A DNA stretch of 64,000 nucleotides, from NCBI GenBank assembly GCA_035382085.1, contig DAOSZO010000004.1, positions 9,268 through 73,267 on the forward strand. The letters run 5' to 3'. Made by a program: the position numbers and the translations under genes. This DNA comes from Smithella sp. GTDB taxonomy: Bacteria > Desulfobacterota > Syntrophia > Syntrophales > Smithellaceae. Of the stretch, positions 57,497 to 64,000 are shown one piece after another. How positions within the stretch are numbered: the first letter of the stretch is position 1; the number at the start of each line of letters is the position of its first letter. The notes beneath the pieces are model-generated. The model worked only from the letters and a program-made list of their open reading frames with translations, was not told where the DNA came from and did no database searches.

Positions 57497-57967
57497 TGAA
57501 AGTGCATCAGGTCCCGCAGGACGACGTTCCTGATTTTTCGGAAGGAATCAAAAAGGGGCAATCCGATTTTCGGCGTCAAGGGCATGCGTTATCTGGCCAA
57601 TAGAATCATCCGGTGGCCCGACGAGCTGGGCTACACGGAGGCCTGCCGGCAGCAGGCGCACGTCGTGCGCCTGCAGGAGGAAATGGGCTCGGGCGGGGCG
57701 GGCTTCCGCTTCCTCTTCGCGGCTTTTCTCCAGGAAGCCTCGGAATGGTTCGGCTCCCCCGATTTGCACAAGCTCTCGATGGACATGACGGCCATCGGCG
57801 ACAGGTGGCGGGAATTCGCCGTGGTTTCCGTGCGCATCATCAAGCAGAGAAAAACCCGGCGCGAAGACACGTTCGACCGGGTGGGCGGGATGATGCTGGA
57901 CTGCGCGACAAGGGAGGAAGAGCTTTTCAAAAATCTGCGGGATGTCGTCTCTGTGATCAAGACATGA
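57497..57967 (+). pseudogene. Internally deleted remnant copy of the 61275..62739 two-gene module
   Basis: MKVHQVPQDDVPDFSEG (57497-) parallels MKVNDVPQDNTVDYYEG at 61275. From about 57545, in another frame, NPIFGVKGMRYLANRII...EEELFKNLRDVVSVIKT parallels APFLGIRGIRYLAKRII...[17 protein letters not shown], the C-terminal third of the 61700-62739 gene. Confidence 0.7.
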
Positions 57968-58176
57968 AAGGACCTCACGTCCACTGCGGAATCCGCGGCC
58001 TCATTTGAAAACTGGGCAACAAAAAAAGCTCGGACAGGTTTTGCGCCCCGGTCATGACCGGTCATCGGAAAATATCATGGCCAGCCGCACATTCTTCCCC
58101 CTGAAACAGGAGCGTTCAGCCTCAAGGAAACCTCAATGCTCCGGACTTGTCGGGTTCGAAAAATACGGGCGCGTCG

Positions 58177-59319
58177 TCACACAACCGTCAGCAGAACATA
58201 ACCGACAGAAAAACGGCCGCTCTCCGGAATGAAGCAAAGAATCTTCTGGCCTTCCCTTAATTTGTTAGAATGAAAAAGTTCTTCCAGAATCACGTAAATG
58301 GACGCGGAGCCCGTATTGCCCTTGTAAGTCAGATTGGTAAACCACCGGTCGTAAGGAATTTCAAAGCCTATGCCCTTCATCGCCTGATAGATCTTGTCCC
58401 TGAAAAATTCTGATGAATAATGAGGAAGGTACCAGCTGACTTCCTCGGGCTTCAACTTTCTGCGCTCCGCCGTCCTCGCAAGCCCCAGGGTCACCGTGCA
58501 GCGGACAACCTCCCTGTTGAGGAGTTCCGTATCCTGCTTCAGGGCGAAATAATTTTTGGCTAGCGCCTCTTCCAGCGATTTCAGCTGACGCCAGCCGATG
58601 ATTGTTCCGTCGTCCTGCTTATGCGCGCCGGCATACATGCAGGTTTCCATTTGCCCGGCGTACGACACGATTTCGACCCATTCCACTTTCAGCGATCGGC
58701 CGTTTTCATTTTTCCGGCCGGACATGAAAACGGCGCCTGCGGCATCGGAAAGCATCCAGCGCAGAAAATCCGATTCAAAATTCAGCACCGGGCTGTTCTT
58801 GAAATCGGGGTCACCCTTGAGATGCTCGAAAAAATTCGACCGGATCAGAGAGGAAGCCAGTTCGGAACCCGTGGCGACGGCATTGTCACTCAAGCCCAGG
58901 GCAACATTGGAATAGGCGGCCTTGAAGGCGGTGATGCCGCAAAGGCAAATGCCCGCCGTGGTGATCGCTTCGCAGGCCGGAAGGCCGAGCTCCCCCTGAA
59001 CCATCAGGCCATGCCCCGGCAACAGGACATCCGGCATGGACGTCCCGCAGCAAAGACATTGAATGTCGTTTACCGAAAACCCTTTATGGGGTTTGAGCCT
59101 GCGGATGGCTTCGGCGGCAAGCTGCGCGTTGGTGTAGTTGAGTTCCCCGGTTTGACGATCGATGGCGTAGTAGCGTTTTTGAATGCCGTTGTTTTTGAGA
59201 ATCCTGTTCTTGACGCGCGAAGGAATGTTGTGAATGGTGCCGAGGACCTGTTCGATTTCGTCATTGGTCACCGGCTCGTTCGGCAAGAAAGCGGCGATAT
59301 CGTTGATGTAAACTTCCAT
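58177..59319 (-). CDS. KAS III (FabH)-family condensing enzyme, long form (380 aa)
   Basis: TTAGICLCGITAF (Cys), LPHYSS (His), GNTGSAS (Asn). 13 nt downstream of the radical SAM gene. Confidence 0.75.
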   Translation of the reverse strand: MEVYINDIAAFLPNEPVTNDEIEQVLGTIHNIPSRVKNRILKNNGIQKRYYAIDRQTGELNYTNAQLAAEAIRRLKPHKGFSVNDIQCLCCGTSMPDVLLPGHGLMVQGELGLPACEAITTAGICLCGITAFKAAYSNVALGLSDNAVATGSELASSLIRSNFFEHLKGDPDFKNSPVLNFESDFLRWMLSDAAGAVFMSGRKNENGRSLKVEWVEIVSYAGQMETCMYAGAHKQDDGTIIGWRQLKSLEEALAKNYFALKQDTELLNREVVRCTVTLGLARTAERRKLKPEEVSWYLPHYSSEFFRDKIYQAMKGIGFEIPYDRWFTNLTYKGNTGSASIYVILEELFHSNKLREGQKILCFIPESGRFSVGYVLLTVV

Positions 59320-59332
59320 AAATATCTCTACC

Positions 59333-60661
59333 TCAATTGGGATGATACGGCTGACGGTGCAGTCTTCTCACCAGATCGGCATACGCCTGATAGAATTCCG
59401 CCTCCGGCATTTTTGTCCTGGTCACGGCGTTGGTAAAAGTATAGTAATCCAGGTCGCTGACCACAATGTCCTTTTTCATGCGCTCATACAGGGGCGTTCC
59501 CGGTACCGGTGTCAAAACGGATATGACCGGAATTTGAATGCGACGCGCCAGAATAAAGTCTTCCAGTTTCTTGAAGTCCGGCTCCCCGTATTCCGGCGAG
59601 GCGATAAAATCGCCGACAATCACTATGCCCAGATCGTGCAGGATGTCAATGGCTTTGTCGATGACCTTGCCCTGATATTTTTTATTGTAATCCGCAAGAC
59701 GGTCGTCGTGAAAGTCCTCAAAACCGACAACAACCGCGTACAGGCCTGCCTCTTTCCACTGCCGCATCAGCTCGGGATTTTTCGCAATGGTGTCGGCACG
59801 CACATCGGCGAAGAATTTTTTTCGGATGCCGGCGTTCATGATTCTTTCGCAAAGATCGCGGGCGAGGTCCAAGTTGCCGAACGTATTGGCATCCACCATT
59901 CTGACGAAGGGAACATCGCCCAACAACCCGATGTCCCTGATCACGGCTTGAACGGAATGATTCAGATACTTTCCCCCGGTCATTTCCGGAATGGCGCAGA
60001 AAGAACAGCGGTGGGGACAACCGCAGGCGGTTATGACAAATCCCATCGTCATGCCCAAATGCTCCAGAAAATACTGATCCCGGTAACGGGACACCAAATC
60101 ATAGCGGGGCGGTATCTCATCCATTAAATCCGCCTCGCCGTAATCCCTTTTCCGGTATTGCAGAGGCCTGCCCGGAAAGACTTTGGCAATCCCGGCAATG
60201 CCTTGACCGTCTTGTCCGCGGGCGAGACAATCCATCAGCTCAAGGAAGCTTTGCTTGCCCAAACCCATCACGATGTAGTCAAACCCGACACGGTTGAAAT
60301 AGCCGGGATCATATGTGGCGTGGTTGCCGCCGATAACCACGGTAGCAGTGCCGTTTTCCTTGATTTGCTCGGCCATCCGGATAACCGTATTGGCTTCGCA
60401 GGTCAACGCGGTAAAACCTACGACATCTGGCTGAAATTGATGAAAGGCCATCCCCAACGCGTCTCCGGTTTCGCATTTAAGATCCAGAATCATGACCTCA
60501 TGGTCATGCAACGGACCGGCCAGAACTTCCAAATTAAAGGGTTCCCCCTTAAAAATCCGCCTGAGCGAAGTGATGCCGTAGTTTTCTTCAGGAATGCTTC
60601 TGCCGCAGTTGGGAGGATTGACCAGCAGAATCTTCAGCTTTCTTTTTTTTGCCATTGCCAT
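59333..60661 (-). CDS. B12-binding-domain radical SAM enzyme (class B), copy 2
   Basis: Start set to ATG 60661 (MAMAKKRKLKILLVNPP). VVGFTALTCEA...VVIGGNHAT (B12-like domain), ACGCPHRCSFC (CxxxCxxC). The exact start is uncertain because there is no clear RBS. Confidence 0.75.
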   Translation of the reverse strand: MAMAKKRKLKILLVNPPNCGRSIPEENYGITSLRRIFKGEPFNLEVLAGPLHDHEVMILDLKCETGDALGMAFHQFQPDVVGFTALTCEANTVIRMAEQIKENGTATVVIGGNHATYDPGYFNRVGFDYIVMGLGKQSFLELMDCLARGQDGQGIAGIAKVFPGRPLQYRKRDYGEADLMDEIPPRYDLVSRYRDQYFLEHLGMTMGFVITACGCPHRCSFCAIPEMTGGKYLNHSVQAVIRDIGLLGDVPFVRMVDANTFGNLDLARDLCERIMNAGIRKKFFADVRADTIAKNPELMRQWKEAGLYAVVVGFEDFHDDRLADYNKKYQGKVIDKAIDILHDLGIVIVGDFIASPEYGEPDFKKLEDFILARRIQIPVISVLTPVPGTPLYERMKKDIVVSDLDYYTFTNAVTRTKMPEAEFYQAYADLVRRLHRQPYHPN

Positions 60662-61048
60662 CGAAACAGCCACCGGAAATGAAACGCTTTCTTGCCAAAA
60701 AAAAATGGATTGTTGGAAGGGACGCACCCCCGCCGCCGCATTTTCAACGCGCCCAAACGTCGATCCCTGTATCATAATTCCATCACTCTGGCAAACAGGC
60801 ATCATTTAAACCATGGCCGCTTTGGCTAAAATTCGCATAAAAAACCAGATGGGCTACCGTCAGCCATGGCGTGCGGAGTATTACTTCATGAATTTTTCAA
60901 TGGGGGCCGCCGAGTTTTTTCTGCTTCCAGGCCATGACGAATGTTTTGCCGGCAGCGAAAAAACGACGCCGCTCAAGCTGTCTTTCGTTGATTTCCGCGT
61001 CGGCACGCATCCTCCCGCCAATGCCACATCCTTGCAGCCAAAATCTCC

Positions 61049-61077
61049 TTGACACGCCAAAAACCGTTTTCTATACA
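61049..61077 (+). promoter_or_regulatory. Candidate sigma70-type promoter for the 61275 operon
   Basis: TTGACA (61049-61054), 17-nt spacer, TATACA (61072-61077). A perfect TATAAT also occurs at 61228-61233 without a good -35. Confidence 0.3.
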
Positions 61078-61274
61078 GTACAAAATACTGATGAATCAGT
61101 GGCAACGATTTGTCGGCGGGTATATCTTTTCGATGGGAATCTCTTTGAATCGCTTTTCTTTAAGATAATCAAATCAAAGATTTATAACAATCGCGCTCAA
61201 AACTTCTTTGAGCTTTTTAAAATTTAGTATAATAGCGTATAAAAAAAGAAAATTTTTGACAGCACATCCTATTT

Positions 61275-61679
61275 ATGAAAGTAAACGACGTTCCACAGGA
61301 CAACACGGTTGACTATTATGAAGGCGTCAAACGCGCCTGTTACGCAATCAATGAGGAAGGCAAATATGTCATTGTGCCCAGCACCGGGTGGCGCGAGGAG
61401 GAATTGATCAACCGACTGGCCGTCCAGGAACTGGCTGACAATCTGGAAAAAACCAGACAGGCGGTGCGGGCAGGCTGGAAAAGTCCGCTGGCTTATCATA
61501 TGGAGCGCAGGCAGATGAACCCCCAGATCCTGGGAAAAACCGCCGGCATCGCGGTATTTCGGGTCAAGCGTCACCTGCGTCCCGAAATATTCGCCAGGCT
61601 CAGGGACCCGCTGCTCCAGCGTTACGCAAAGGCGCTCGCGATTACGGTAGCGGAATTGAAGACCGTACCCCAAGAGTAA
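61275..61679 (+). CDS. Hypothetical protein (134 aa)
   Basis: Coding-like composition. Its N-terminus is duplicated at 57497. No motif recognised with confidence. Confidence 0.5.
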   Translation: MKVNDVPQDNTVDYYEGVKRACYAINEEGKYVIVPSTGWREEELINRLAVQELADNLEKTRQAVRAGWKSPLAYHMERRQMNPQILGKTAGIAVFRVKRHLRPEIFARLRDPLLQRYAKALAITVAELKTVPQE

Positions 61680-61699
61680 ATCAAAGAAAGGATTTTTCA

Positions 61700-62739
61700 T
61701 TGACGGCAACAGAAATAACATCCGGCGGAAAACCGTTTGTGCATCATCACGCCGCCCATTGCGAAACCGGCGTCACCGCGGCTTTATTCAGGGACAAAGG
61801 ATTGGACATCAGCGAACCGATGGTCTTCGGCATCGGCAGCGGCATTTTCTTCGGTCACCTGCCGTTCGTCAAGTGGGTCGGCCTGCCCATCAGCACGTAT
61901 CGGACACAGCCCGGCGCCGTATTCCGCAAAACCGCCAAAAGATTGGGGGGGGGGCATTTATTACAAAAAAATACCGCAATCCCCGGAAGGGAATGGATGA
62001 GTTGCGCCGGGTGTTGCGTTCCGGCCAAATTGTCGGGCTGACGACCAACATCTACTGGCTGTCTTATTTTCCCAACCGCTTCCGTTTTCAGTTTAACGGG
62101 CATAACATCATTGTGCTTCGGGAAATCGAAAACGGCTTTCGCGTCAGCGACCCGGTTTTGGACAAACCGGTGGATTGTCTGACGGACGACCTGATCCGGG
62201 CGCGTTTCGCACGCGGTCCCCTTGAGCCCCATGGATTCATGTATTACCCGATCTCTATCAACCCCCATCCGGATCTGCGCAGGGCATGCATCAAGGGCGT
62301 GACGGATACCTGCAACATGATGCTCAAGATCCCCGCTCCTTTTCTCGGCATTCGCGGCATCCGCTATCTGGCAAAACGAATCATCAAGTTCGACCGGATG
62401 CTCGGCTTTGAGGAAGCCTGCCGTCAACTGGGCATGATTGTCCGTATGCAGGAAGAGGTCGGCACGGGCGGCGCGGGGTTCCGGTACATGTATGCGGCCT
62501 TTCTGCAGGAAGCGGCCGATTTGTTCGCTTCCGCGGATCTGCGCAGACTCTCAGAAGATATGACAGCCATCGGTGACATCTGGCGGGAATTTGCCGTAAC
62601 GGCCGCCCGCATTATCAAGAAAAGAGGCGGGCGGGAAGAAACCTTCGCCAAAGCGGGAAGCCTGATGCTGGACTGCGCGGGACGGGAAGAAGAACTTTTC
62701 AAAAATCTGCGGGATGTTATTCCGACATTGAAAGCATGA
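61700..62739 (+). pseudogene. BtrH-N (papain-like) / DUF4872 family protein interrupted by a frameshift in a G10 tract
   Basis: Frame 1 (61700-) gives HHAAHCETGVTAALFRDKGLDISEPMVFGIGSGIFFG...KTAKRLGGG. The homologous sequence then continues in the frame of the 61759 ORF as AFITKKYRNPRKGMDELRRVLRSGQIVGLTTNIYWLSYFP... to 62739. Eleven or eight Gs would give one ORF of about 346 aa. Confidence 0.7.
61945..61954 (+). repeat. Homopolymeric G10 tract at the frameshift site
   Basis: Counted directly: gattGGGGGGGGGGcattt. Confidence 0.9.
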
Positions 62740-63479
62740 AAGCGCTTGAAATTTCACACGTCACCTTCTCCTATCATCAAAAGGCCCCCCTGCCGAAAGA
62801 AGGCGCCGATTGGGCCCTGCGCGATTTTTCCATGCAGGTGCAGGCCGGTGAAATGCATGCGCTGGTCGGACCCAACGGCGCGGGAAAAACGACTCTGATG
62901 AAGCTGATTACCGGACAGCTGCGCGGCGGCCGGGGCGACATAAAAATTTACGGACGGAAACCCGATGACCCCGCCGCTTTATCGGCGATCGGCTACGCCC
63001 CGCAGCCCGTTTCGGTTTTTGCCTCGCTTTCGGCCTGGGAAAACCTCCGTGTCTTCGGCGTCATGGCGAATCTGCCGGATGACGTCCTGAAGGAACGCGC
63101 GATGGCAGTTCTGGAAGCGACCGGCCTTTTGCCCTACGCGAAGAAAAGGACGGCGACGTATTCCGGCGGCATGCTGCGCCGTCTGAACCTTGCCGTGGCG
63201 CTGCTGCATTCGCCGCGCCTGCTGCTTCTGGATGAACCGACGGTGGGAGTGGACCCGCAGAGCCGCAACAACATCTATGAGACCCTGAGCAAGCTCAACG
63301 CGCAGGGCGTCGCCGCGGTTTTATGCACGCACATCATGGATGAAGCCCAGCGCATGTGCTCCAGCATCACCCTGCTGGACCGGGGAGAGGTGATTTTTTC
63401 CGGTGCCATGAAAGACATTCCGGACCTGGAAAAATTTTTTCTGGAAAAAACGGGCCGAAGCCTTCGCGACGATTCGTGA
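62736..63479 (+). CDS. ABC transporter ATP-binding protein (ABC-2 type)
   Basis: [10 protein letters not shown] (Walker A), YSGGMLRRL (signature), LLLLDEPT (Walker B). ATGA overlap with the upstream gene. Confidence 0.9.
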   Translation: MKALEISHVTFSYHQKAPLPKEGADWALRDFSMQVQAGEMHALVGPNGAGKTTLMKLITGQLRGGRGDIKIYGRKPDDPAALSAIGYAPQPVSVFASLSAWENLRVFGVMANLPDDVLKERAMAVLEATGLLPYAKKRTATYSGGMLRRLNLAVALLHSPRLLLLDEPTVGVDPQSRNNIYETLSKLNAQGVAAVLCTHIMDEAQRMCSSITLLDRGEVIFSGAMKDIPDLEKFFLEKTGRSLRDDS

Positions 63480-63516
63480 AGGTCAAACGCCCGATGACGT
63501 TTTTAAGGTTGATCCG

Positions 63517-64000
63517 ATGTTGAAGCAGCTCAAGGAACTCATCAGAAAAGAGATGCTGGTGCTGTTGCGGGAGAAACAGACCGTCCCGCTTTTGTTCCTG
63601 ATGCCGGTCGCCCTGATTTTTTTCCTGTCGCTCGCCCTGCAGGGCGTGTACCTGGACAAATTAACCGGAAGGCAAATTATGCTGGTGCTTGAAAATCAGG
63701 CCCGGGGCCCCAAATCCAACCTCCTGGAACAAAAGCTCAGCGCGCATCGGTCGATCCAGCAGGTCGAACGCCCGCGGGGTTACTCAAACGACCAACTCTT
63801 CGAGTCCGGCAAGGCGCACGCGGTCATCGTTATCCCGCAAGGATTCGATGAGGGACTAAAGCCGGTGGAAGTGGAATTTGATCCGGTGCTGGACGCCGGT
63901 TACAAAGCCGCCACGCGCGCACTGCTGACCAGCCTCACCGCCGAAGTGGTCATGGGGATCGACGACATTGAAGCCATGACGACCCGCTTTATCGTTGAGA
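63517..64000 (+). CDS. ABC-2-type transporter permease, N-terminal part (runs off the window)
   Basis: Not in the track. ATG 63517 opens MLKQLKELIRKEMLVLLREKQTVPLLFLMPVALIFFLSLAL..., the typical ABC-2 permease N-terminus with its first TM helix and large periplasmic loop. Open to position 64000. Confidence 0.7.
   Translation, partial: MLKQLKELIRKEMLVLLREKQTVPLLFLMPVALIFFLSLALQGVYLDKLTGRQIMLVLENQARGPKSNLLEQKLSAHRSIQQVERPRGYSNDQLFESGKAHAVIVIPQGFDEGLKPVEVEFDPVLDAGYKAATRALLTSLTAEVVMGIDDIEAMTTRFIVE

Noticed and set aside
1-64000. Mobile elements, CRISPR arrays, tRNA/rRNA genes, prophage or defence-system genes
   Set aside because: I found no direct-repeat/spacer periodicity, no transposase, integrase or recombinase-like ORFs, and no cloverleaf-sized conserved RNA in the intergenic gaps inspected. 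Apart from the 57.5-kb / 61.3-kb duplication, the window looks like core or accessory metabolic chromosome.

Overview
This is a 64-kb, moderately GC-rich bacterial chromosomal window. A desulforedoxin-type domain and a selenocysteine-encoding selD suggest an anaerobic, Desulfobacterota-like organism, but that is inference only. I saw no rRNA, tRNA, CRISPR array, transposase or integrase. Many long ORFs in the supplied track are antisense shadows of real genes, and several real genes start downstream of the track's first Met. Two genes run off the window edges and are missing from the track: 1..1522 (-) and 63517..64000 (+). From left to right the window contains:
- an exported protein and a CapA-family lipoprotein;
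- a DUF1846 protein;
- an InlB-B-repeat/DUF1566 lipoprotein;
- a canonical gap-pgk-tpiA operon;
- a divergent long GAPDH paralog, convergent with a 1407-aa PPDK-like protein that has no PEP/pyruvate domain;
- a desulforedoxin domain fused to a histone-H1-like tail;
- alanine racemase with a roughly 275-aa extra C-terminal domain, convergent with ddl;
- a selD(Sec)-DHH-GalT-like gene string;
- thrC.

Two large lipid gene sets follow.
- Set 1 (27.4-38.2 kb, minus strand) is a tightly coupled KS-ACP-flavoprotein-oleABCD-flavoprotein-fabG-fabZ-fabI array. It reads as a head-to-head olefin module with its own type II FAS genes and two CrtI-family flavoproteins.
- Set 2 (44.7-60.7 kb) has aryl-polyene/flexirubin-like gene content: a KS/CLF pair, an aromatic ammonia-lyase, a 4HBT thioesterase, a GT2, an MMPL exporter fused to a methyltransferase, and an LPLAT acyltransferase. 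It also carries atypical additions: two B12-binding radical SAM enzymes, a FakA-N/DegV fusion and an extra KAS III.

Between the two sets lies a c-di-GMP module. It comprises a CarH-type B12-binding protein translationally overlapped with a GGDEF cyclase, a PilZ protein and a REC-HD-GYP protein.

The right end holds a BtrH-N/DUF4872 gene interrupted at a G10 tract. An internally deleted copy of that module sits 4 kb upstream. An ABC-2 transporter follows.
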